Below, one piece after another: positions 44,118 to 55,800 of a stretch of DNA of 64,000 bases. Source of the stretch: Octopus bimaculoides (Eukaryota); the NCBI RefSeq assembly GCF_001194135.2, contig NC_068981.1, positions 52,423,494 through 52,487,493 of the forward strand, given 5' to 3'. The notes below the pieces were generated by a model that saw only the letters and a program-made list of their open reading frames with translations, was not told the origin of the DNA and ran no database searches. A program made the position numbers and the translations under genes. The first letter of the stretch is position 1; every line of letters begins with the position of its first letter.

Positions 44118-46269
44118 TCTAGATTGTTGAGTTTGCAAGAAGATACATTGATTATTTAGTGTGCCATGAAAATAATAATATAGTTGAAAGAGTGTTTTTC
44201 AAGGGTAACCTCCTCCAAAATTACACTGGATTGGATCTATTTTCATCAATTTTAAGACTAAAAATAAAATTCAAACAAAACATTTGTTGCTGATATTTAA
44301 ACTGCTAGTAAAGCTACATGCCTCAAGCATCTACATCTAAATGAAGAAGAAATTATAGAAGAGAAGAATTGAATTCTTGATGCCTTAAAGTTTAAAATTT
44401 TAAAGGTAAAAATACTATTGAATATCATGTTTAATTATCAGCAAGGAAAATTAAAATTGGCTGGCAGGCTATCATCATCAACATCATCATCATTGTCATT
44501 TAACATATTTTTTTCTGTACTGGTATGGGTTGAATGATTTTATATCAACTGATGAGCCTAAGGGCTGCTCTAAGCTCAGTATCTGCTTTGGGATAGTTCC
44601 TACTGCTTTCAAGGCAAGACCCCCCCCCCCGCCTCAACTGTAGGGTATAGTATTGAAGGATATAAAAGTATAATAGAGGAACAGAAGGGAGTATTTTGCT
44701 GAAAAAGTAAATACATGGCTTCCCCATATGGAAAGTACAAGGCAAATATATGGGAGAGAATATGGATAGAGGAACAGAAAATGAGGGAGGGAGGATGGGC
44801 TTGAAAAATCAAATTTGTGAATTTTTTTTAAATTTGTAATTTCCACTGTTTAATACATGGAAATCCAAAAGAACTTTCTAAAAAAGTAAAAGAATTTTCA
44901 TATATGGCGGGGCATGTGGGTAATGATTTAAAAAAAATTACTTTCAAATTATTTGGGGTTATTTTCCAACATGGTCTTCCTTTTGAAAATATGGGGCTAC
45001 TTTTTTTTTTATTATTAAATTGATTTGACAGCCCTGAAACAGATACACTCCCTAGACTCAATTCTTGAGTGAACTGTTTGAACACTCCTTGTTTTCTGGC
45101 AACCTTCCAGAATTCTCAGTCAGCCAGTATTCTCAAATAAACATCAATTTAAAGAAAGCATGAGAGGGAGTAAGAGCAGAAAAAATTGTTTCCATGTACA
45201 TGTTCTATTTTAAAAAGTGGGTTGTTGATGAAGATAGAATGTGAGTTCCCAGTAAGTCATTTGTATGACCTACTTTCAATAATTGTTTGTACTATTTCAC
45301 ATCATGTACCTTGGCTAGTGCCTCTAGAAGAAAAGATAAACTTATGTTTTCCCTTCATTACAAAATTTAAAGTTTATTTATATTTAGAAGAAAGCCAAGA
45401 AATCTTTCCAGTATACATTTGTAAGGAATACTAAGAAATTTATATACCAATGAGAGGAACTTGCAAATGGTCTTCAATCTACTAGAAATAGCAACCAAAT
45501 TGCACCTCACCTCTTAGAAAAGGATATCTTGGTAGTGCACAAGTTTCTGTAACATTTATCTAAAATCTTAGAATTCCAATACAACTGCATGACTTGTCAT
45601 AAGAAGGGACTCTTCTGATGCTCCTAAGTACTGCCATCTCTTCACTCCTAACATCTACAAAATGAAGGAGACATTCTTCATCAACCATAATTTACAAATA
45701 TTTTCTTTCAGCAGCATCAATACTTCAAATGGAAAAAAAGAAAAATTAATTTTCTCCAAATTGCCAGTAGCTTTAGAAATCTATAGCAAAACTCAGTATG
45801 TAGCTTCTGTCAAATAATGACATGAAAATCAAACCAAACTCCCTTCATAGACACAGACCAAGTTATAAAGAGCTAAAGCTTTCTTCTGAGCTATACACTA
45901 GATCAATGAGATATTTCAATATCTACAACATTAAATCAATTGTTGTCGCTGATTTATCAGTCACTGTTAATTTAATTTTTAATGATGTAGCTAACACAAA
46001 CCTCCAGCCCTATATTTTTAGTCCAACACTAAATCTACAGCTAATAGTAACAGCTTTAACTATGTATATTCATTACAAAAACAAATTACATTGTAAGGTC
46101 AAAATGCATGTAGGCACTTAGGTTTTCTCTCAAGAATCAAATATACAATACTAACAACTGTGATTCACTAGAGGAAATAGCACAGCCTAAAATCACCAAT
46201 ATCCTTAACTACATTTAGAAGAAAGCTATCTACATTCCTGTTTTACCTGTTTTATTTTTATGTACCAAA

Positions 46270-46760
46270 TTAGAGGAAAGAGGCAGTGCCCATAACTTCT
46301 AAAGACCTTCCTACAGAGGAATCCTAGTCTTTGAGATTCACTTCTAGTGATATATGTTTAGATGTCAACTGTGTGTAAAGTGGTTGAGGAGGAGTGAAGA
46401 GGAATTCATCTGCATAGGAATGTGTTTTTGAGAGAAAAGAGCAAATAAAGTGTTAATATACAAAAGGAAGATACAACCAGACCTTACAGAACACCAGGAT
46501 TTGCAGAATGTGGATTGGAGAAGCCCCAAGAAGCTTCTGATCTAAGAATGAGAAATAGATGGAGCCCATAAGTAAGCAGCTTAGAAGCTCACAGTCTAAA
46601 GCTTTGCTGATGACAGGAGCAATTATATCATTTTCAGCAAACTTTTCTTGCTTAGAATGTCCCCATGCTACTGAAGTATTACTTTTTAACATTGACTCTC
46701 TGTTTAGAGACATAGGAGAGCAATTTTAGAGCACAGGAAGGAGAAACCATCAAAATGATT
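46270..46760 (-). mobile_element. CR1-like LINE RT remnant
   Basis: Degenerate ISKALD...SFLDQK, GVL*G and THSYADE (YADD-like) across frameshifts. Other faint CR1-like pieces lie in 43800-45900. Confidence 0.5.
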
Positions 46761-48160
46761 CTTAACTTTTTCTACTACCTTTGAGATGTTGGAGCTGAGA
46801 GTAACTATATGGTAATTGTCAGAGGAGGAGGAGTTACTCTCCTTGGAGATGTGACACAGTGTAGCACATTTACAATGACTGGGGTAGATCTCTGTAAAGA
46901 AAGATTAAAGAGTTTGGCAAGTTTTGAAGTGATGGAAAGGATACAATCTGCAAAATTGACCAGGCTGAATTGGACCAATCAAACAGATTTCTTTTTTTTT
47001 TTTTCAATTGTGATTGGTGAGATAGAGGAGTGTTTGGAATGAGTTTTGTGTGTATGCAGTTTTAAGAGCATAGCAAGCAAAAAACGTTTACTTCATGCTG
47101 CAGAGTTCAGATGTGATTAGTAGTATTCCTCAATACTAATTCAACACCTCTTGGTACCTTACTAGAAGGACCAGATATAAACTGAGAGCTGAGATAGTTT
47201 GAAAGTTGCACAGTGCAGAAAAGGGTCCTTTATACTTCATAAAAAAAAAAGTTTAAATTAAAATTATGAGTCTAATTTCTGAGATGCATCATTTTATTAC
47301 ATTTTAAAATTAATTCTTTGTTTCTACCAACACTCATATGTTTGTTGGTTATCTTCAGTATTCAGGTTACAAACTGGGCCTTTGAAAATAATAACTATAA
47401 ACATAAAGTCACATATTCTGATATTGCATGAACTTTCTGCATGAGTTGTCAAAAAAATTATCCACCTTTCTGTGCCTGAAGAGATTTTCTATGTTATAAA
47501 ATATGTGACATTCAAGTTTTCAAACTTTTTGTGTTATATGAAAAATATAACATTACAATTCATCTGAATAATATTGTAATAACTTCCTTTTATTGGAGAT
47601 TAATTGCAGGAGTGAAACTACTATTAAATGAACAAGTCAAAATACTATTATAAATTTTAGCCTATAACTACAAATTGCCAATTCATCTATATAATTATAT
47701 TATTTAATAAGCAACACAAGCATGTTATCATTAAGTTAGCATGTTTGGTGAATACATACGCTTAAAGATCATGCAAAAAAAGATAAAACAAAATTTGTTT
47801 TATTTGAGTTTATATAATAAATCAAATGAGCCAAGGGGAGTAATTCAAATGAATTATTGAAGGCGTGAAGTAACAAATGCAATATGCAAAAAATTCTAAA
47901 ATGGAATTTCTCTCATTGATGGGAGAAAGAAAAGAAAACGTAGCAGTAATTGTCAGTGGCTTTCAAAGAAAAGACCATTTCAGTGGTGTGTGTGTGTATA
48001 TACATGATGATATATGAATATATATCATCATCATCATCGTTTAACATCCACCTTCTGTGCTGGCAATGGTTTGGTGGTTTGATAGGGGCTGGCCAAGCAG
48101 AAGACTGCACCAGGTAGTAAAGCAGATTCACTGGCTCAGTGTTCATTAAGTAATCAATTA

Positions 48161-48492
48161 ATGGGAGATATGAGAATCTTTATTGATGACTACAATTATT
48201 TTGACCCATCTAGAATTGATCACTTGTGGGTGGGATACTGAATGTCTGGTTTAGTTGTATCCATCAGTGTAGATGTGTCCTCCTCAGGTAATTTCAAGAG
48301 GTATCTCATTAAAATAAACTCCAGTTTCACAAGAGCATATTTTAGTGAGATACCTCTTGAAATCACCCGAGGAGACACATTTACACTGGCAGGTACAACT
48401 AAATCAGACGTTCAGTATCCCACCCATGAGAGATCAATGCTAGATGGGTCAAAACAATTGTAGTGATCAATAAAAATTTTCATATCTTCCAT
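48161..48492. repeat. Long inverted repeat, about 156-bp arms and 21-nt loop
   Basis: 48161-48316 is the reverse complement of 48338-48492 at roughly 85% identity (by eye). Confidence 0.92.
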
Positions 48493-48529
48493 CTTCTGTC
48501 TCTCATTAATCAAATAAATAAATATATAT

Positions 48530-48790
48530 ACACATATATATATCTTATTTTGCTTAGGCATAGCAAGACTAATTTATCTAAGTTTGTGCAGTGTGTATGT
48601 ATGTATCTATGTCTTTGCAATGTGCATGCATGTACATACATATATATCTATATGTGCTTATGTCTATAGTGTGCATGTATCTATGCCTGTGCGATGTGTA
48701 TGCATGTCTGGTTGTGTACATCTGTATCTGTCTATGTGATAGATTTGTGTGCAAGTATATGCACTTGTGTAGTATATGTATATATTTCAA
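48530..48790. repeat. Compound TA/TG/TATC low-complexity tract
   Basis: Direct inspection. Other microsatellites at 1-28, 626-654, 6567-6601, 7360-7401, 11071-11101, 33430-33466, 42179-42250 and 52230-52325. Confidence 0.9.
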
Positions 48791-49144
48791 TTTCACTCTC
48801 TATTCTTTCCATCACACTCCTTTTTTCAAACACACACTAAAATTCTCCTTCTCCTGGGGCTGGCAGTGTATAGCATGTCTATGCAGAGACATGATTAATC
48901 TAATAGAAATATAACAGTATATAAATTTTTAAAAATGTATATCTTGTATCAGTAAAACAGCATAGAAAATAGGTTTCTTTCTATTTTACTAATATGAAAA
49001 TTAAAAAAGTCACCATTAGAGAAATGAATTCAACTGGTTACTTTATTAATGTTATCAAGGCAATGCAACAGAATGACAACAACAATACAGTACTATGGTA
49101 AATATTTAACTAGACTTAATTTCGCATCTATACATTTATCTACA

Positions 49145-50222
49145 GGGTAGATAAAGCAATTAAAGAAGTTAAGTCAGGAAAAGACCCGGCCCATCAGGAA
49201 TCACTGCTGACTGGAATGAGAGCTTTTGTGTGCGGAAGATGCACAGGGGTAATAAACACCGAAGATGCTCAGAAAACAGATTCCATCACATGCCAGAGGG
49301 AAAAACTAGAAATAGTTGATAGCTTCCATTACCTAAGAGACCAAGTCTGTAGTGGGGGTGGATGCTCTGAGAGCGTTGCCACTAAAATAAGAATAGCCTA
49401 GGCAAAGTTTCAGAAAGCTCCTACCTCTGCTGGTGACAAAGGGCCTTTCGATCAGAGTGAAAGGTAGATTGTATGATGCATGTGTGCATACTGCCATGCT
49501 ACATGGCAGTGAAACATGGGCCATGACTGTTGAGGACATACATAGGCTTGAAAGAAATGAAGTTAGTATGATCCGCTGGATCTGTAATGTCAGTGTGCAC
49601 ACACGACAGAGTGTAAGCGCTCTGAGAGAAATGTTGGACATAAGAAGCATCAGATGTGGTGTGCAAGAGAGACGACTGTGCTGGTATGGTCATGTCCTGC
49701 ATATGGATGAGGAGAGCTGTGTGAAGAAGTGTCGCTCCCTAACAGTGGAAGGAACCTGTGGAAGCGGGAGACCCAGGTAAACATGGGATGAGGTGGTGAA
49801 GCACGGCCTTTGAATGTTGGGCCTCACAGAGGGAATGACAAGAGACTGAGACCTCTGGAGGTATGCTGTGATTGAGTGGACCTGGCAAGTAAAGTGAGAT
49901 TACAGCTGTAGCCTATACCAGTATCACATAATCAGCCCATTTAAAAAGTACCTTTGAATCGTCAGGCAACACGCCATGCTTGAGGAGAAATTGTAGTTGT
50001 GGCCGATGCCAGTGTCACCTGACTGGCTCCTATGCTGGTGGAACACATTAAGCACCATTCGTATGTGGGTTGTTGCCAGTGCTGCCTGACTAGTTACCCA
50101 TGCTGGTGGTATGTAAAAAGCACCATCCGAACATGGTGCAGCCTCCTGGTTTGCCAGTCCCCAGTCAAACCGTCCAACACATGCCAGCATGGGAAACAGA
50201 TGTTAAGCGATGATGATGATGA
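49145..50222 (+). mobile_element. RTE LINE copy with the RT core deleted
   Basis: Pre-RT segment VDKAIKEVKSGK..PSGITA is joined at 49206-49210 to ..AFVCGRCTG...RRLCWYGHV, followed by the 3' UTR and (GAT)n. Confidence 0.88.
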
Positions 50223-51095
50223 CATTCTGAGTTTGAATCCTCTGAGGGCCTAGTTTGCTTTCAACTTATCTGGCACTGAAAGAATAAATACTAACTATAT
50301 ACTGAGGTTGATTCACATATCAGAGATGAATGTAGAGTGATAACTGAAAAGTCAATATTTTAGCCATTCAGCTGAAGTAATTCATCAATCTTACCTGAAA
50401 GAAATATCATAAAAGTGAGATAAAATTAAGTGTAAACTAATACAGTTGGTAATTCTTTATCTAAAAACCTCTGAAATCTGAACTTTTCTGGAAGTGAGAG
50501 GATCTCCACAAATGGAAAATTCCATAAAGTGCTTGGAATTTTACTTCCACTTAATTGTTTTTTTAAATATTTTTTATTTGTTGAGTTGGCTTAATGATTT
50601 GACACTTATTTCAGCAATCTTGTAGTATGATATTTCATTCACTCTCCTAAAGTAGTTTACAGATGGATTTGTTGTTTCATAATGTGAAAGTAAATTTGCT
50701 GTAAATTACATGCGAATCTATTTGGTGCTTGAGCATTTGGCCACAAATACTCCTAGCTATACATGAACAATATTAATTTCTTTAAAATTATAATTGCTCT
50801 CACAATGTTGTCTTCATTTGTTCGAAAGTCTTACTGTTAAAACTATTATAATTGATATAATTTGTTTGTAAATTAATGGAAAACTCTTCATTATGTCACT
50901 AATCTAATATGTGTCCATCTGTCTTATAACTATTTAAGAAAAATAGTGGGGAGGGGGTAAGGGAGGTGACTTGATCGTTACCATTTGTTTTTGTTGACTG
51001 AGCAACTGCATCTTTTTAACTTTTGTGAACCAACATCAAACATTGGAAAATATATTTCATAAAATTTTTATGATTTCATAAGTTTTTGAAGTGTT

Positions 51096-51242
51096 ATAAG
51101 CAGTGAAATAACTTAGATGAAGTCTCATCATCATCATCATCATCATCGTTTAACGTCCGCTTTCCATGCTAGCATGGAAAGCGGATGTTAAACGATGATG
51201 ATGATGAGGAGGAGACTTCTTCTAAGTTATTTCACTGCTTAT
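51096..51242. repeat. Loop-less 147-bp palindrome centred on CATGCTAGCATG
   Basis: Arms of 75 and 72 nt, containing the RTE terminus, (CAT)n/(ATG)n and about 30 nt of unique flank in inverted copy. Confidence 0.95.
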
Positions 51243-51581
51243 TTGGAAAAGTTTTAAAAAAAAAGGTGTGTGTGTGTGTGTGGTGATGTTATAGATGGGC
51301 ATAAAATGAAAGTGTAAAGTGTTGTTGATAAAACTGAAATGAAAGTGTAACGTAGGTAGGCTTGTTTCGATGGAAAGCTAAATGTTCTCAAAGTGAAGCC
51401 GTTATATGTTGTACAAAACAGGAGATATCTTAGACAAGTGTCTTCTACTACAGCTCTGGACCAGCCAATGCCTTATGAATGTATTTGGTGGATGGGAACT
51501 GTATGGAAGACCATTGTATGACAATTAGTGTTGATTTATACAAATCTATATTTCTGAGATGAGGAATTGATATTATGTATA

Positions 51582-51786
51582 CAATAATCCCTCAACTATC
51601 GCATGTGTTATGTTCCAAAACCCCCTGCGATAGGTGAAAATCTGTGAAGTAGAAACAATACTGTACTGTATATTTTAAAAATTATATTTATAATTTGTAT
51701 ATAATTATTTTATTATAAAAGCAAAACATCACAGTGGAATCGATGTAAGCTTAAATAATAAACCATGATGTGGCATGGGATTACTG
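51582..51786. mobile_element. pogo/Tigger-like MITE
   Basis: TA-CAATAATCCC ... GGGATTACTG-TA termini, 205 bp, non-coding. Confidence 0.6.
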
Positions 51787-51834
51787 TATTGTTTATATTT
51801 GTTGGACGGGTGTACTCATCTTTAGTGTTGCTTT

Positions 51835-51879
51835 CACTACATTTTGGCTGTTGTACACTCCAGCCTTCTTCAAGTGTCT
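51835..51879 (-). ncRNA. Degenerate hammerhead-ribozyme-like motif (probably inactive)
   Basis: CAC-TTGAAGA-A-GGCTG(N10)CAGCC-AAAAT-GTA-GTG. Confidence 0.4.
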
Positions 51880-52253
51880 TGTGTTAACCTTAGTTGTATT
51901 AGAATTTCAAATTTAACCCTTTACAGGAGCACACTATTCTCATTCCTTTCTTTGCATTTCATGACATTTTTTGCTTCAAGTTGATTTGTGAATTACCTTA
52001 GTGCCTTGCCTGGGATTGAACTTACAACCTCTAGGTGACTGCATTACATTAACCAACGTCTTTACTACTCTATGGCATAGCATGTTGACAGAATAAGTAC
52101 TACTCTTAAAAAAAAAGTGCTGGGGGTCAATTTGTTAGACTAAACCCCTTCATGGTGCTCCAGCATGGCTGCAGTCCAATGATTAAAACAAATAAAAGAT
52201 AAAACCAAATTTATAAAAGTACCTTCTCAATACACACACACACATACATACAA

Positions 52254-52324
<71 letters not shown>

Positions 52325-52553
52325 CACATGCTGTATTTTGAAATGGTAATGGATAACATGTTTAGACTTGGATCTCATTCTTAAGCTAACATTTTATAGA
52401 TACAAATATTCAAACATTCGAAAATCTCAAAATACTTTCAATCCCAAGATTTCTGATAAAAGATTATCAACTCTGATTTGGAAAGACTGATATAACTTTA
52501 ATTTCCTTTGTATTACAAATAAATAAACAAAAACAAAACTTGTGGCAGACTTT

Positions 52554-52622
52554 TTTATTTTCTGTAAACTAACTGACATGAAGTATGCATGGTAGGTTAA
52601 AGTCCAACCAAATTGATTTTAT
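52554..52622 (-). terminator. Candidate polyadenylation signals of CYC1
   Basis: AATAAA on the minus strand (tttatt at 52554-52559 and about 52617-52622), 105-175 nt past the stop codon. Confidence 0.45.
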
Positions 52623-52727
52623 TATCAGTTTCTTTTTGTTAACTAAACAAGTAACATAAATTGGAGAGATATCCAAAAGTAGTTACTTGTACAGAGAAAG
52701 TTTTCATTGAACTAAAACAGACAATTA

Positions 52728-52829
52728 TTACCGAGGTTTGAAAGCAATTTTTCGGCTCTTCAACACAGACCACTTATGTCGTTTATAATAGAAACTCACA
52801 GAAATCAGAAGGCCAAATATAACAGCAGC
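52728..52829 (-). CDS. CYC1: CYC1 last exon (102 nt to TAA)
   Basis: tttcag|GCT...CGG TAA; [33 protein letters not shown]. Confidence 0.96.
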   Translation of the reverse strand, partial: AAVIFGLLISVSFYYKRHKWSVLKSRKIAFKPR

Positions 52830-55800
52830 CTGAAAAGATAAAGAAGAGAATTATATCAATTATTACTCTCTCTTGCTAAACATCACATTTTTTTTACAAA
52901 GTCTTTTCCTCTTTCTGACATCATTATCATTGTTTAACACCTATTTTCCATGCTGGCGTGGGCTGGATGTTTAACAGGAACTGACTAACCAGAATGTTGC
53001 GCCAAGCTCTAATGTCTGAATAGCAATCTTTTTGAGTCTACAGATTATTGTATAGACAAAAAATCTGATCACATAAGGTTAGCACATATACTACTACTAC
53101 TATAAAAGAAGGTTGGCTCCTTCCTCACAAGGTTAATTAAAAAAATAAACAGCATTAGAGGGAGGAACATGTTACAAGACTTAGTTTCTGTATGAGATAG
53201 AAGGAATGAACTGCAGCGCTTTCTTTGTTATTCAGTTTCTTTGTTACATTAAATATGAGTTTGCTTTGAAAAGAATGATAAAACAAAAACAAGTCTTTAG
53301 TGGATGTGATGGCCAGTTCCAGTCAACCTTAAAACTAAAAGTGAGATTTTCTTTATATTTATTTTAAATTAATTGACAAACAGTCTTATTGTGTTAGAGA
53401 CAAATTATGGATTTACATAAACAAGAATATCAGCGTAATAGACTTTACTATTTTGATTCTATGTAACAAATGCTTTGCACTTCATCATATTTCCAAAGCG
53501 TTTTTAAATATTATTTTGATTTTATACATGAAAAATTTAATGCATTAGAGAAAAAAAACCGAGACATTGTCAATTAGGGCAACAATAAACTTACCTTCAT
53601 AGCCATCTTTTTACGAGTATCGTGCTCTGGCTCTGCAGCCCATTTTAAGAAAGTAGTCACATCCATAGCCAACTGGCTTTGTGTAGCTGGTGTTCCTACA
53701 AATATAAATATTACATATAGTGGTTTTTTTTTTAAACAGCAATTATGTTGTAGAATGTACAACCATCATGACAAACCCACTGTGTCCTTTTCACCTCTCT
53801 GACTATCCATGCAGGAGATAGTAAACGATATGAGTTAATGTAGAATTTGACAAAATATGAATTTAGGAGATTTTTATAAAGCTGTACCATCAACAGTTAA
53901 ATCAGTGCAGACATTTGGCCTCTAGTTTAATAATTTTATTTTCTAATATTTCAGTCAGGAGGAAAAGCATTGCCCATATGTTATAGGGCCTCTGAAACTG
54001 TTGGAAGCAAGAAGCCTGACTCTAATGCACACAACAGAGCGGACCCTACTAAAGACACCCAAGGTGCCAGGTAGTGGTGCTAAACTGTATGATGGGTTAA
54101 GACCACCAAAGTCGGCCATTGCAGGATTTGAACTCAAATTCTGCAAGGCATCCAGTTTGATGTTCTTACGGCTTCACCAATCCACTATCTTAGGTTGGTA
54201 GTTTTTAATAATACCCAAAAGAATGAAAAACTAAGTTAGACGGGTATTAAGATTCAGACACTTGCAGAGATTTTTGGATTGAAATAGACACTCATTTATT
54301 TTTAATTGAATTATACAGAGGTAAATAGAGTAAAACATCTTGATAAATATCAGAACAAAACATGCTAAATGTTTAGAATTTTCCTTTTGAATAAGATATT
54401 TCGCCATCATTTTACATCTTTCCTATGATGGCATGGGATGTATCATGATCCAAAACAGTTCTTGTTAAGAGTTACTGCCTCTGTACATGGGCCAGGATAA
54501 CATTTCAATTGTATGGTATAGTTTCTAAAGGTTGGACGCCTTTCCTATTACTAACCACTTTACAGAGAGTATTGAGAGCATTTTATCTATGGCACCAGTA
54601 CTAGGGAGGTTGCTTTCTTTTCAGCAAGGATCAAGAATCCTCCCTACCTTACACTGTCTTCATCCACATCAAAGAAGTTGTCTCAACACTGGCAAAGCTA
54701 AAATACCTTCTCTTTTCTACTTTGTTCCCTTTGTTGGTTACTTTCTACACAACTGAGTGCAGAAAGATGAGAAGACGACTTATTAGCCATGTGAATTTAA
54801 CAAGAAAGTATTGTAAGTTAGAGTACAAACATGGATTTTGTGTCTCTAAAAAATATTGGTTGTAAAATCAGGATCAGTTAATGTTTCTCAAAAATAATAT
54901 TCATCTTTTATAACATAGAAAAATGACATTAAAATAATAAACACACTTTGCAGCAATAACAGAATTTACTTACCATCATCATATTCAATGATTTCATTGT
55001 ATAAAGCTTGTGCCATACCAATTGCACCTCCAGCAAAATAAGGATTGTAGTGTGTGCCTTCCTGGAGAGTAACTCCAGCTGGAGGATCACAATAACCAGT
55101 CAAAATAGAGAAGATGTAATCCTAAAATGTAAAGAAATTAAATTTTTATTTTATAGTAAGATGTGACATCATCTGTGTAAATAGAAAGGAAGTAGCTTTG
55201 TTATTTTACAACCAAATATCATTGCTAATTCTGATTTCTGTCAACTGATTAAACAAGCAATACAGAAGTAAATTCTCAAAGAACCTAAACTGTTATTTAG
55301 TTTGAAATCCTGGTTATAGAAATATCACTTGTTCAAGTCACTGTCTGCCAGGAGAAAAGAATGGAAACCATGCCTATGTAACCTTTCTAGGTTACTCTAA
55401 TATGATAGGAAACTATGTCTAAAAATGTAAATGCTATAGAGAAGCAAAACCTTTGAACTGAATCTATGTCAAACAGTAGGATGATGAAACAGATGACAGT
55501 TTATGAACGTAGTCATTTTGAAATTCTAAGTGGGTAACTAATAGGAAAAACTCATACAGGATATGTGGAGGCATGTGGCTTAGTGGTTAGGGTGTTGGGT
55601 TCATGATCACAAGATTGTGGTTTTGAATCCTAGACCGAGTGACACATTGTGTACTTGAGCAAAACACTTCATTTCATGTTGCTCCAGTTCACTCAGCTGG
55701 CAAAAATGAGTAATCCTGCAATGGACTGGCATCTCATCCAGGTGAGGAATTTATATGTCATGGAAACCAGCAATTATGAGTTGGCAGGACTCAAGAAGGT

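Noticed and set aside
43974-44160. Open plus frame with ETLKDAAGV x3
   Set aside because: No ATG or splice support; best explained as a 27-bp local duplication within a decayed LINE 3' end on the minus strand.
44549-44580. CTGATGA-GCC/GGC hairpin as a hammerhead (similar at 58995, 63389, and 15370 on minus)
   Set aside because: No GAAA-like segment or NUH triplet after stem II; 44549 lies inside an RTE tail.
48578-48914. Cys/Tyr/His/Met-rich ORFs (also 3030-3326)
   Set aside because: Translations of TA/TG microsatellite and purine-rich low-complexity DNA.
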